From Candidatus Nomurabacteria bacterium (GTDB taxonomy: Bacteria > Patescibacteriota > Minisyncoccia > Phycocordibacterales > UBA9973): a DNA stretch of 64,000 nt. The position numbers were made by a program, and so were the translations under genes. The notes under the pieces were generated by a model. That model had not been told where the DNA came from and searched no databases. It worked only from the letters and a program-made list of their open reading frames with translations. The number at the start of each line of letters is the position of its first letter. Position 1 is the first letter of the stretch. Positions 53,809 to 63,665 of the stretch are shown here, piece by piece. The DNA lies in contig JBPOHU010000001.1 in assembly GCA_052035195.1 (NCBI GenBank), positions 104,031 through 168,030 on the forward strand. The letters are read 5' to 3'.

Positions 53809-54375
53809 ATGACCAGCGACCCCACCGAACAAATCAAAAGTTTCTATCATCAACAAAAACGCATGCCTAGTTATAGCGAGATGATGGAACTTTTCGGTTT
53901 CAAATCTAAAAATGCGGTTTATCGACTAGTAAGAAAAATGCTAGACGCTGGAATAGTTGCCCAAGACCATATAGGCCGTCTGCTTCCTACATCACTTTTT
54001 AGTGACATACCAGTAGGCGGACTTGTGAAAGCAGGACTACCGTCATCAGTCGATGCTCAAAGTGAATCTATCAATCTAAACGATTTACTTATTAGTAAAA
54101 AGAGTGAGACTTATATTTTAGAAGTAGACGGGGACTCAATGATAGAAGCTCACATAGAGCCAGGAGACATGGTAATAGTAGAGAAGAGAAATACTGCCAA
54201 AGAAGGCGAAATAGTCATCGCGATGGTAGACGGCGAGCACACTATGAAATACTTGCGCAAAGACAAATCTGGCAAAATGTATCTAGAACCAGCCAACAAA
54301 GCTTATAAAAATATTTACCCTACACAATCATTAGAAATCACCGGAGTAGTAAAAGGGGTAGTGCGTAAATACTAA
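53809..54375 (+). CDS. lexA: LexA repressor (S24 peptidase)
   Basis: N-terminal wHTH (MMELFGFKSKNAVYRLVRKM) and C-terminal GDSMIEAHIEPGDMVIVEK...K Ser/Lys dyad region. Confidence 0.8.
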   Translation: MTSDPTEQIKSFYHQQKRMPSYSEMMELFGFKSKNAVYRLVRKMLDAGIVAQDHIGRLLPTSLFSDIPVGGLVKAGLPSSVDAQSESINLNDLLISKKSETYILEVDGDSMIEAHIEPGDMVIVEKRNTAKEGEIVIAMVDGEHTMKYLRKDKSGKMYLEPANKAYKNIYPTQSLEITGVVKGVVRKY

Positions 54376-55289
54376 GGAGTACCGTATAATTCTTCAAGTA
54401 TATAATCACGCTCTTCTTGCTTCTTTTGGATATCCTCTAAAAGAGGTTTTATTTTTTCTTGCAAAGATTCTAAACTAATTTTTGTAACGTTAGGATCTTC
54501 TGCCAATTTCTTCCATGGAGCAGTTTGCCCAAAAATATAATCTCCGAAAATAAGCACTGGTGTACCCTGAGCTAGAAGTTTCTCTTCTTTTGATAATACC
54601 CAAGTATTTACCCAATCATAAAACCATAATGCATCTTTGGCAGAGAGTCTGACACAAGAGTGCGACGCAGGGTAACCAGGCAAATCATATTCATGAATAC
54701 CAATACCGTCTTGATTAGCAATATTCACATTCCATTTCATTATCCAACCATCATCCACAGTACTTGTGACTTCTTTACCTTTCCAGTTGGCATAAAAGAG
54801 CTTACTAGTGGTAGGGGTAGATTTCTTGCCAGAACTAAGTCCTCCAAAGCGTACAAGCTCTCCATATTCATAAGCGCCAAACTCTTGTTCTTTTTGTGCT
54901 ATGAGCATCATCTTTGGAACAGTAGAAAGCTCTGGAATATTCTCTGGGAAAGAAGAGAGAGCAAAAAGGTCATCATAACGATCTGGATAAACAATAACCA
55001 TGCCTTTTTGGAAATGCTTTTGATCTATTCTATTTAGCGACAAAACTACATCTAGATTTGCAAAACCTACCGCATCAGAGACTTCTTTGCCGGGCTTATC
55101 TGATACAAGAGTAATACTTTTATAGCTTATAGGCTCCTTTTTAGGTTCTTCTATTGGAATCACAGGTGGAGGATTATCTTGTGACGGGATGACAGAAATA
55201 GAAGGCTTATTTGTATATTTATTATAAAAAAATACCCCAAAACCAACGAGTACTAAAATAACAAAAGATGTTTTGAGTGCTGTTTTCAT
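54372..55289 (-). CDS. L,D-transpeptidase (YkuD family)
   Basis: GIGIHEYDLPGYPASHSCVRLSAKDALWFYDWV catalytic His/Cys motif; N-terminal signal anchor. Confidence 0.7.
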   Translation of the reverse strand: MKTALKTSFVILVLVGFGVFFYNKYTNKPSISVIPSQDNPPPVIPIEEPKKEPISYKSITLVSDKPGKEVSDAVGFANLDVVLSLNRIDQKHFQKGMVIVYPDRYDDLFALSSFPENIPELSTVPKMMLIAQKEQEFGAYEYGELVRFGGLSSGKKSTPTTSKLFYANWKGKEVTSTVDDGWIMKWNVNIANQDGIGIHEYDLPGYPASHSCVRLSAKDALWFYDWVNTWVLSKEEKLLAQGTPVLIFGDYIFGQTAPWKKLAEDPNVTKISLESLQEKIKPLLEDIQKKQEERDYILEELYGTP

Positions 55290-55307
55290 TAATACAGTGT
55301 AGCAGGT

Positions 55308-55334
55308 AAAAATAAAAACCCCTCGAAAGGGGTT
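55308..55334. terminator. bidirectional intrinsic terminator
   Basis: AAAAACCCCTCGAAAGGGGTTT. Confidence 0.6.
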
Positions 55335-55348
55335 TGAAAATGAATAGA

Positions 55349-56299
55349 CTAAGCAACCAACTGTCCGTCTCTTGTAATGAGAGATGGTTCTGGAAGCCCG
55401 ATTTTGTGCTTTGAAGTACCAATCTCAAAAACCAGGATTGAATCTTTTTGTCTGGTATCCTTCTCATTGAAATCCTTATTGAGTTTGATAATAATATCAT
55501 TACCCAACTCATCGAGAACTCCAAAATAAGGTCCGTAAAGTTCTTTATGAACCTTCACATAGCAGGGGATATAAAATCCTTTTGGAGCTTTCGGAAAATA
55601 AGAAGGAGAGAGCATCATTATCCGCTCAAAACCATGCCCCTGGCATTGCCAGACAATAGTATCCTTGCATTGTTTATCAATCCAAAAAGGATTTGGTTCC
55701 ATGAGTATTTCATTACCGATTTTTATGTCCAGAAACTCCTTTTCGTGAGTTATAGCTTTTCTAGTAAAAAGCACCACAGAATTAGACTGATTATCAAATT
55801 CTTTTACAGCGATTTCTATTCCATTAATAGATACGATCGGAAGTATAAACTTTTGATTTTTATCTTTAATCAATGGTTTATCCAAAAAAAGTTGGAAATT
55901 GAAAGGGTTTTCAGCGGTATTACTAAAATCGATAGAAACTGGTTTATAACCTGTTCGCAAAACAAAAAAATCCTGTTTTGTTTTTTGCTGGATTTCGAAT
56001 AATCTTCGTTCTTCTTCTCTTTTTTTATTTTCATAGTGTTTTAATATCATGGCAGCAACAACCACATCCCAGCGTCGCAATATGCCAATAAAAACAGTCA
56101 GTCCAAATAAAAACAGAGAAAGAATTATCCAGGTCCAGAATATAGCAATAAACTTATCTTCAGAATAAATATTTCGGTCAAACAGGAATAAAAACTGTTG
56201 AAACAAAAATATTAGAACCTGAGAAAGAAAGAACGAGAACAAAACGATAATAGTTCTCGCATAAATTAAACAGCGTCGGTTTTGGGTTAGTTTTTTCAT
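55349..56299 (-). CDS. hypothetical membrane protein
   Basis: Three N-terminal TM helices followed by a ~200-aa soluble domain; no motif recognised. Confidence 0.35.
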   Translation of the reverse strand: MKKLTQNRRCLIYARTIIVLFSFFLSQVLIFLFQQFLFLFDRNIYSEDKFIAIFWTWIILSLFLFGLTVFIGILRRWDVVVAAMILKHYENKKREEERRLFEIQQKTKQDFFVLRTGYKPVSIDFSNTAENPFNFQLFLDKPLIKDKNQKFILPIVSINGIEIAVKEFDNQSNSVVLFTRKAITHEKEFLDIKIGNEILMEPNPFWIDKQCKDTIVWQCQGHGFERIMMLSPSYFPKAPKGFYIPCYVKVHKELYGPYFGVLDELGNDIIIKLNKDFNEKDTRQKDSILVFEIGTSKHKIGLPEPSLITRDGQLVA

Positions 56300-56431
56300 C
56301 TATATAAATTTAATGAGCATTTTTTGAGCGCCTAACCACTCAAAAATGAAAGGTTAGTTATAGAGGTTAGGTAACAAAATTTTTATGATAATAAAGTAAA
56401 AAGTCTTTTATGTCAATATAGAACTGAATCA

Positions 56432-57229
56432 ATGCCTTATACAGCCGGTCTGTTGTATAATATAAAACATATGAAATTGATCACACTTAACACTTGGGCA
56501 GGAAGAGTCAAAGAGCCTTTTGATGCTTTTTTGAAAAACAAAATGGATGAAACTGATATTTTTTGTTTCCAAGAAATATTTAATGATTTAGATGAAGATA
56601 TAGCTACTGATATATATGTTAATCACAATGAGAGCAATCGTCATATTCTCAAAGAGATTGCGGACATCCTAAAAAATTTTGATGTTTATTTTTGCCCGGT
56701 AGTTGAAAATACTTATGGTATCGCTATTTTCTTGAAAAAAGATTATGAAGTTGTCGGTAGTGGGGAAGTAATACTCTATGAAAATCCCACTTTTAATCCT
56801 GATGATGAAAACAATGACCATACAAGAAAAATGCAATGGGTCCATATCAAACATGGTCGCAAAGATGTCATGATTATGAATGTTCACGGACACTGGAGTG
56901 CAGAAGGCAAAAGTGATAATGCCAACAGAATAGAACAGTCAAAAATACTTGTTGATTTCATAAAAAACTCTGGGCCTGTACCAAAGATTCTTGTAGGGGA
57001 CTTCAATCTACTTCCAGATAGTGAAAGTATCAAAATGATAGAAGGACACTTCACAAACCTTATTACAAAATACAATATTCCTACAACTCGCACAGAACTC
57101 TACAAGGGCGATGATAAACACGCTGACTATGCTTTCGTTTCCGAAGAAGTTCTAGTAGAAGGATTCGAGGCTTTGCCTGATGTAGTCTCAGATCACACTC
57201 CGTTAGCACTACAATTTGACGTTTTCTAG
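56432..57229 (+). CDS. endonuclease/exonuclease/phosphatase (EEP) family protein
   Basis: ILVGDFNLLPDSE and SDHTPLALQFDV C-terminal EEP motifs. Confidence 0.6.
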   Translation: MPYTAGLLYNIKHMKLITLNTWAGRVKEPFDAFLKNKMDETDIFCFQEIFNDLDEDIATDIYVNHNESNRHILKEIADILKNFDVYFCPVVENTYGIAIFLKKDYEVVGSGEVILYENPTFNPDDENNDHTRKMQWVHIKHGRKDVMIMNVHGHWSAEGKSDNANRIEQSKILVDFIKNSGPVPKILVGDFNLLPDSESIKMIEGHFTNLITKYNIPTTRTELYKGDDKHADYAFVSEEVLVEGFEALPDVVSDHTPLALQFDVF

Positions 57230-57291
57230 TATATATTTTCTAATACAGAGATAGGGAACAGAAAGCTTATTTTGGAGTAGTATAGAGTGGT

Positions 57292-57699
57292 ATGAACGAA
57301 ATCACGAACAAAACTCTTTTTAAGACTATGATAATTGTTGGGGCTATAATTGCTCTTATGATTATTCCTCTTTATGGTAGTAGAAACTTGTTTAAAGTTA
57401 ATTCTTTGGGAGCTACTGCTTACACAAATTATTCTGACAATAACTCAATAATTCCTCTCAGAAAAAGGTCTGGTACCTACATCCCAAATCTAGATACAAA
57501 CTATAGTGTTGCTCCTTACCAGTATTTAAATACTCAAACTACTACTTCTTATACAACTCCTAGTACAACCAACTCTTACTATTACACTAGTTACGAAGAA
57601 GATACTAGCTACCAATACACAGATAGCTACGGCTATACACCCGCCGGTTGTGAAAGTGGTACTGACTACAGCCTAACTACAGGAGAAGCTTGCGGATAG
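57292..57699 (+). CDS. secreted Thr/Tyr/Ser-rich hypothetical protein
   Basis: Signal anchor, then TTTSYTTPSTTNSYYYTSYEEDTSYQY and C-terminal GCESG...GEACG. Terminator AAAAAACCCCACAAGGGGTTTTATTTT follows. Confidence 0.3.
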   Translation: MNEITNKTLFKTMIIVGAIIALMIIPLYGSRNLFKVNSLGATAYTNYSDNNSIIPLRKRSGTYIPNLDTNYSVAPYQYLNTQTTTSYTTPSTTNSYYYTSYEEDTSYQYTDSYGYTPAGCESGTDYSLTTGEACG

Positions 57700-57724
57700 A
57701 AAATAAAAAACCCCACAAGGGGTT

Positions 57725-58438
57725 TTATTTTGTTGAAGCAGAAAACATTTCAAATCCTTTCGAAACATTTTCAACCTGGACATGTGCACTATTGAGAAGC
57801 TTGCAAACTTCCTCAAAAAATTCAGGTGTACAACCCAAGCTGTATGGGTTTTTAACCACCTGGTGGAAGTTCAGGATAAGCCAAAGGTCATAACCTTGAG
57901 CAGTTATTATCCAGCTCTTAACATCTTCAATTGTTGTATCTTTTCTTACAACCTTACAGCTAATTTTGAAAGGGTTGACTCTGTGAGGATTAAATCCGGG
58001 AAATTCTCCATAAAAATGGTTTTCTGTTGTGCGAGCATTTTTGTATCCCGCATCAGATACCATTTTTATTATCTGTTTATTAAACCTGCCACCGTATGGA
58101 TAGGCAAATGATTTAACTTCTTTCCCCGTAAGACTTTCCAGGACTTCTTTCGATTTCCTTATGTCTTTTTCTTTTTTGAACCAGAGATAGTAAGGAAAAA
58201 GAGAACGATTTAACCCATTAGAGCCAATCTCGTGATCGAAACTGCTAATCTCATGATTGAGACCGCTGATAATCTCAACCTGATTGGGCTTCATATACAG
58301 AAGCCCGCCACTTTTCATATTGTTTACAACAATATAAAACGTACCAGGGAGCTTGTAATCCTCCAGGAATGGCAGGGCATTCTCAAACTGAGAAAGCCAG
58401 CCATCGTCAAACGTTAAAGAAACAATTTGTTTTTCCAT
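57725..58438 (-). CDS. polysaccharide deacetylase (CE4 / NodB homology)
   Basis: VSLTFDDGWLSQ (TFDDG motif), HEISSFDHEIGSNGLNRSL, YGGRFN. Confidence 0.7.
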   Translation of the reverse strand: MEKQIVSLTFDDGWLSQFENALPFLEDYKLPGTFYIVVNNMKSGGLLYMKPNQVEIISGLNHEISSFDHEIGSNGLNRSLFPYYLWFKKEKDIRKSKEVLESLTGKEVKSFAYPYGGRFNKQIIKMVSDAGYKNARTTENHFYGEFPGFNPHRVNPFKISCKVVRKDTTIEDVKSWIITAQGYDLWLILNFHQVVKNPYSLGCTPEFFEEVCKLLNSAHVQVENVSKGFEMFSASTK

Positions 58439-58522
58439 TTGTGTTGTTTTTGTTTACATTACAACTAAAGTACCAATTTGTCAAAATAAAAATCCCGAGC
58501 TTTTCAGCTCGGGAAATTGAAA

Positions 58523-58897
58523 CTATTTAGGAGACACTAAAATAAAAGAAAAACTAATACGGTGTGACTCCTTTACATTCATTTTACCATTCAAGGCAAC
58601 TGCACCGCCCCATGCAGACAAAAGTCTTTCGATTGCGTTTTTGATCGAACTTCTTGTTTTAAACACACCGATTTTCAGGCGGATACAAGTAGAAACATTA
58701 CCGTATTCTACCAGGTCGTTTACAATAGCCTCATCTTTAACCAGTTCTTTAAGGTCATCAGGTGTTAAAGACAGAAACATCGCCTTAAGATCCTTTTTTA
58801 TGGCAATAAGGCCTTCTGTTAAATCAGTGATTTCTTTTATCTTTTTTATCTTCTTTTCTCTTTCAAGAAGAAGGGTTTTCAAAGTATCCATATTCAT
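58523..58897 (-). CDS. hypothetical protein
   Basis: 124-aa ORF; flanked by hairpin TCCCGAGC...GCTCGGGA at 58490-58515. Confidence 0.3.
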   Translation of the reverse strand: MNMDTLKTLLLEREKKIKKIKEITDLTEGLIAIKKDLKAMFLSLTPDDLKELVKDEAIVNDLVEYGNVSTCIRLKIGVFKTRSSIKNAIERLLSAWGGAVALNGKMNVKESHRISFSFILVSPK

Positions 58898-59010
58898 TTA
58901 TTTTTTTTCACATTAAATCATTTTAATAACTTTGTCAATAGTACGTAATAGGGAGGTTGGAGGCAAAAGGTGGTAACATTTAAAGATTAAAATAAAAAAA
59001 ATAATTAGAA

Positions 59011-59796
59011 ATGGAAGAATATTTAGAATTTGCAAAGAAGCTTGCCAAAGAAGCTGAAATAATAGCTTTGAAATATTTTAGTTTTGAAGTTGAAAAAACA
59101 TGGAAAGAAGACGATACTCCATTAACACTAGCTGATACAGAAATTAATGACCTGGTTATAAAAAGAATAAATGAATCTTATCCGGAACATAGTATTTATG
59201 GAGAAGAAAAAAGTGAGATAAAAGAAAACTCTAAATACATATGGGTTTGTGATCCAATAGATGGAACCTCAGGATTCTCATTAGGATTACCAATTTTTGT
59301 TTTTTCAATAGCTTTAGTAGACCAACAAACAGGCATGCCGATACTTGGTTTAATCAACGATCCAGTTATGAAAAATATGTACTGGGCCTACAAAGGATCT
59401 GGGGCTTATAGAAATAATCAAAAAATATCTGTATGCAAAAATGACACGCTAAAAAATTCTTATTTGAGTATTGGTGCTTCTGGTAAGAAAATTATGTTTT
59501 CACCAGTAAAACCTTTTGAAAAATTAATTGAAAAAAACTGCAAACAAATGAAGCTACCATCTTTTATTTATGGAGGCGTTCAAGTAGCAAATGGAAAATT
59601 TATTGGTTCTATATTTTATGCCGAAAGTGGTCATGACATAGCAGCTTTAAAAATTATTACTGAAGAAGCTGGTGGTAAGGTTACTGATTTAAACGGAAAA
59701 GAAAGAAGGTATGATAAAGATGGCGTTGGTTGTATTATCTCTAACGGAATATTACATCAAGAAATATTAGACATAGTCCAATCTGGAAAAAAATGA
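59011..59796 (+). CDS. inositol monophosphatase family protein
   Basis: WVCDPIDGTSGF metal-binding motif and GEEKSE region of the IMPase family. Confidence 0.7.
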   Translation: MEEYLEFAKKLAKEAEIIALKYFSFEVEKTWKEDDTPLTLADTEINDLVIKRINESYPEHSIYGEEKSEIKENSKYIWVCDPIDGTSGFSLGLPIFVFSIALVDQQTGMPILGLINDPVMKNMYWAYKGSGAYRNNQKISVCKNDTLKNSYLSIGASGKKIMFSPVKPFEKLIEKNCKQMKLPSFIYGGVQVANGKFIGSIFYAESGHDIAALKIITEEAGGKVTDLNGKERRYDKDGVGCIISNGILHQEILDIVQSGKK

Positions 59797-60064
59797 TTTT
59801 CACTAGGGAAGTGGTAAAAATGATGTTTTAGACAAGGGCCTCAAATGAGGCTTTTTGTGTATTTGAGTGATAAATAAGTCAGGGAATTAAAATAAAAAAA
59901 TAGCCTCAAGTAGGTAATAAATTGATCTACACCTCAAACTTCAAAATAAGCCCCGGGGAAGTGCTCTTTATAGAATAAGGGTATTTCGCCCCTTGCAATG
60001 TCGTAAAAGATATATTGTGCGACACTATATAATTTATAAGGACTCTACCCCCGACTAGACAAAC

Positions 60065-60865
60065 CTACTGAAAAGTGGCGATGCATTTGTTGAAGTTTCT
60101 AACTTCAATATTGTAAGAATCTATTTTCTGTCGTGACAATGCCAATTTTTTATTATATTCATCAACATTGTTGTTAAAGATTTTTATATTGTTTTGGTAA
60201 GCAGGATCATTCTGAGCCCCTGGTGCCTCTAGTGTCTTTTTGAGTTCCCCTATTACCCTCTCTTCTTCCCGTAGGTCATTATTAAGGTCATCAATTTCTT
60301 TTTTAAGTTCTTCATTTATAGGAGGACAAACGACTCTACTTGTACCAAAATGTTGAACAGCAAACCAAACCTCTTTGCCTTCATACAAATCCTTCTTTAC
60401 AGAAACACCGATATCTTGATACTTAGTATTTAAAATATTTGCTTTATGTCCTTCACTATTCATCCAAGCTTTGACCACATCGTTGGCATCAATAAATTCT
60501 CCGAGAGCAAGATTCTCTCCCATGATTACATAGTCATATCCTGTCTTTTTTCCCAAATCAGAAACGCCTTCACCTGTTGGAGATTGGTGCTCAAAGTATT
60601 GTCTATCTATCATGTCTAAAACTTTTAGATCAGCTGATTCGTTAAGATTTGTATTTGTAGAAAGAGGCGGTAATCCTATTGCTACACGCTCTTTATTTGT
60701 TGCTTCAATAATATCAGTCGCTGTTATCAGTACTTCTCTTATTTGTGGTTTTGTAGATACCCAAGATAAAACACTTTTTGATTCAGAAAAAATAGCATCA
60801 TGATTTATCACAAACCACAGTGATGCCCATAGAGCTATTATTATGAGAAGTGTTTTCTTTAGCAT
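60065..60865 (-). CDS. secreted CAP (SCP/PR-1-like) domain protein
   Basis: Signal anchor MLKKTLLIIIALWASLW; GENLALGE...WMNSEGHKANILNTKYQDIGVS resembles the CAP GHYTQVVW region; coiled C-terminal tail. Confidence 0.55.
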   Translation of the reverse strand: MLKKTLLIIIALWASLWFVINHDAIFSESKSVLSWVSTKPQIREVLITATDIIEATNKERVAIGLPPLSTNTNLNESADLKVLDMIDRQYFEHQSPTGEGVSDLGKKTGYDYVIMGENLALGEFIDANDVVKAWMNSEGHKANILNTKYQDIGVSVKKDLYEGKEVWFAVQHFGTSRVVCPPINEELKKEIDDLNNDLREEERVIGELKKTLEAPGAQNDPAYQNNIKIFNNNVDEYNKKLALSRQKIDSYNIEVRNFNKCIATFQ

Positions 60866-61245
60866 GATCCTTTTGTATACCCTTGTAGCGTAGCATCTTC
60901 TACGCTCTGAAACCAAATATAATTCTCTGGTTTTATACGATTTGTACCACTACACCCCGGAGTATAGTACTTTGTTCCATTTTTTGAGCCAACATAAAGA
61001 CCCTTTTGATTATTTTCTTTTATTTCTTTTGTAGTCTCTACACTTTCAGCACTTACCCCGGCAACCTCTGGTGTAATAGGTATTTTTTGAATATTAAGAA
61101 GGTCTGGAGAGCAAGAAAATACAATCCCCTTATCACTAAGCCCCTGCAACCCTACCTGTCTCCCTGTCAAAAAAGACAAGATTATAATCGTGGCTAAAAA
61201 AATAAGAAAAATGGCATTATAGTTAGACTCTACAAATTGCTTCAT
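60859..61245 (-). CDS. membrane-anchored protein with a C-terminal Ada-like Zn-binding motif
   Basis: TM helix; C-terminus YYTPGCSGTNRIKPENYIWFQSVEDATLQGYTKGSC resembles the Ada N-terminal Zn-binding motif (YHRPDC..VKPENRVFF..AEAAGYRPC). Confidence 0.35.
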   Translation of the reverse strand: MKQFVESNYNAIFLIFLATIIILSFLTGRQVGLQGLSDKGIVFSCSPDLLNIQKIPITPEVAGVSAESVETTKEIKENNQKGLYVGSKNGTKYYTPGCSGTNRIKPENYIWFQSVEDATLQGYTKGSC

Positions 61246-61413
61246 ATACTACCTATATTATATAGCAAAATAGCCCTTTAAACATGGCTAAAATAGGCCC
61301 ATATCCCCTATTTTTGACAAAAATAGCTGTTATTGGGCAAGTGAACCACTTTGTTGACAGAATTAGCTATTTCATATATTATTAGCTCCTAACAAACATT
61401 ATTTTCTAAGAAT

Positions 61414-61692
61414 ATGGCACATAAAAAGCAGGGGGCTGCATCAAAAAACCTTAAAGATTCAAATCCACAATATCTTGGTACAAAGATATACGATGGCGGA
61501 CTAGCAACAGCTGGAGCTATTATCGTACGTCAAAGAGGTACTAAAATCCTAGCTGGAGCAAACGTTGGTGTTGGAAAAGACCATACTTTATTTGCTCTTA
61601 AACAAGGTGTTGTAAAATTTTCAAATAAAAGAAAGTTGAACTTCGATGGCACAACAAGTACTCGAAAAGCTGCTCACGTTATAGAAAAATAA
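61414..61692 (+). CDS. rpmA: 50S ribosomal protein L27
   Basis: [10 protein letters not shown]...[27 protein letters not shown]. Confidence 0.85.
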   Translation: MAHKKQGAASKNLKDSNPQYLGTKIYDGGLATAGAIIVRQRGTKILAGANVGVGKDHTLFALKQGVVKFSNKRKLNFDGTTSTRKAAHVIEK

Positions 61693-61735
61693 TCCTCAAA
61701 TAAAAAATCCTTAACAAATTGTTAAGGATTTTTTA

Positions 61736-62179
61736 TTATTTAGAACTTGTTATCAGGACTGTTATAGAACCTTTATAGTCACCTTCTTCTATAGAGACAG
61801 GATAAGATCCAACTTCTTTTATTGGTTCTTTTAAGACTATATTTTTAACTGAAATATTAACTCTCTGTTTTGATAGGGCTTCCACTATCTCAGATGCTCC
61901 TACTTTTGAAAACAAGTGACCCTTTTCATTGGCTCTCATTTCTATCTTTACCGTCATGTCTGGCAGGCTCTTTATAGCTGCCTCCAAAAGGCCGTGCTCT
62001 AAAGCTTTAGACGCTTTATCTGATTCTATCTTTCTGTTTAGTGCTTCAAGATTTTTGGCTGTTGCTGGTATAGCTTTCTTGTTTGGAAAAAGTGCGTTAG
62101 CGGCATAGCCATCACTAACTTCTATTACTTCTCCTTTCTTCCCTACTTTTGGTATTTGTTGTAACAGTATTACTTTCAT
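61736..62179 (-). CDS. rplI: 50S ribosomal protein L9
   Basis: MKVILLQQIPKVGKKGEVIEVSDGYAANALFP; bidirectional terminator TCCTTAACAA-at-TTGTTAAGGA at 61700-61735. Confidence 0.85.
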   Translation of the reverse strand: MKVILLQQIPKVGKKGEVIEVSDGYAANALFPNKKAIPATAKNLEALNRKIESDKASKALEHGLLEAAIKSLPDMTVKIEMRANEKGHLFSKVGASEIVEALSKQRVNISVKNIVLKEPIKEVGSYPVSIEEGDYKGSITVLITSSK

Positions 62180-62180
62180 A

Positions 62181-63404
62181 TTATTTTAAATAATTAATTG
62201 CCTCTTGTAGTTGAACATCTTTTTCCTGATCTTTATTTGGTTCAAGAACTACTTTAGGAGCAAGTCCGCTATCTGATATAGAGACACCGTTTGGTGTATA
62301 CCATTTTGCAATGGTGATCTTTATAGAGGTATCACTTGTTAAACGCATTAACTCTTGAACAGAACCCTTACCAAATGTTTGCTCTCCTACAAGTGTAGCT
62401 ACTCCGTGCTCAGAAAGCGCTCCGGCTAATATCTCAGAAGCAGAAGCTGAACCCTTGTTTACAAGTACAACCATTTTAATTTTGCCATTAAAGATACCTG
62501 GCCCCTTACTTTTATGCAAAACAATGTCTTTATCTGTTTTACCTATTTCTTTAACTATAACCTTACCTTCTGGTAAAAACCATCCCGCCATCGATACTGC
62601 AGCATCCAAATATCCACCTGGATTATTTCGCAAATCAAGAACAAGTTTTGTATAACCAGAATCAGCAAATTCTTTTAATGCATTTTGGAATAAAGATGGA
62701 GACTGAGCAGAAAAACTATAAAGCTTAATAACAAAAACTCCTTCTGCTTCATGGCGCTCTGTATCTACGGTAGGAATAGAGATTTTAGCTCTAGTTAATG
62801 GAATAACTTTTGGCTGTGCTAGTCCTTCTCGAACAATAGTAATATTAAGAGAAGTACCAGGCTCTCCCCTAATCATATCTATAGCTTTATCAACACCAAT
62901 ATCAGCACTGAGAGTATCATTTATTTTAACAACCTTATCTCCAGACATAATGCCGGCTTTAAAAGCAGGAGTGTCTTTAAGAGGTGCTACTACAGTTAAC
63001 ACTCCATCTTTTTGGGCTAACTCCATACCAACACCACCAAACTCCCCTGCTATTTCACTTTCAAACATCTTACTTTCTTCTGGTGTAAAAAATGTTGTGT
63101 AAGGATCCCCAAAAGAAGCTAGCATTCCTTTTATAGCACCATAAACGTGTTCTTGATTTGTAGTTTTGTCTGCCCCAGGGTACTTCTCTTTTACTAGTGC
63201 CCAAGCCTTCCAAAAGGGTTCGAAGTCTGTGGCTACAGATAATTCATTTGGTACTTCTTGATTTATTATTCCTACTACTTTTTGAGAAGAAGGTCTGTTT
63301 TCAAATCCAACATAAACACCTAGAAAAAAAACACCCACTACAGATAGAACAATTGCAAAAGTACGGAGCCCAATATGATAATGTTTTTTATTTTGATCTT
63401 CCAT
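62181..63404 (-). CDS. ctp: carboxyl-terminal processing protease (S41, with PDZ)
   Basis: PDZ (GIMSGDKVVKIND) and S41 catalytic region VLVNKGSASASEILAGAL...GEQTFGKGSVQ. Confidence 0.8.
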   Translation of the reverse strand: MEDQNKKHYHIGLRTFAIVLSVVGVFFLGVYVGFENRPSSQKVVGIINQEVPNELSVATDFEPFWKAWALVKEKYPGADKTTNQEHVYGAIKGMLASFGDPYTTFFTPEESKMFESEIAGEFGGVGMELAQKDGVLTVVAPLKDTPAFKAGIMSGDKVVKINDTLSADIGVDKAIDMIRGEPGTSLNITIVREGLAQPKVIPLTRAKISIPTVDTERHEAEGVFVIKLYSFSAQSPSLFQNALKEFADSGYTKLVLDLRNNPGGYLDAAVSMAGWFLPEGKVIVKEIGKTDKDIVLHKSKGPGIFNGKIKMVVLVNKGSASASEILAGALSEHGVATLVGEQTFGKGSVQELMRLTSDTSIKITIAKWYTPNGVSISDSGLAPKVVLEPNKDQEKDVQLQEAINYLK

Positions 63405-63406
63405 GG

Positions 63407-63622
63407 CTACATTTGAGTTACATTATCATTAGTAGAAGATTCTGCTCTTTTGAGTTTTAGTTTTAAAATTCTGATTGATTTTTTCAAAGATAGAGCAAGT
63501 AAAATAATACTTAGTCCAAAAACAAACAAGATTATTGTTTTAATATTGCGAGGAAAGCCCAATATTGGCAAAGCAGTAATAACAATACCTATAAAAATAA
63601 GTAGCTTTAATTTACCTTTCAT
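63407..63622 (-). CDS. small hypothetical membrane protein
   Basis: 71 aa, two hydrophobic helices. Confidence 0.25.
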   Translation of the reverse strand: MKGKLKLLIFIGIVITALPILGFPRNIKTIILFVFGLSIILLALSLKKSIRILKLKLKRAESSTNDNVTQM

Positions 63623-63665
63623 AACTATTATTATACCAAATTAAATCCCAGAATAATACTCTAAA

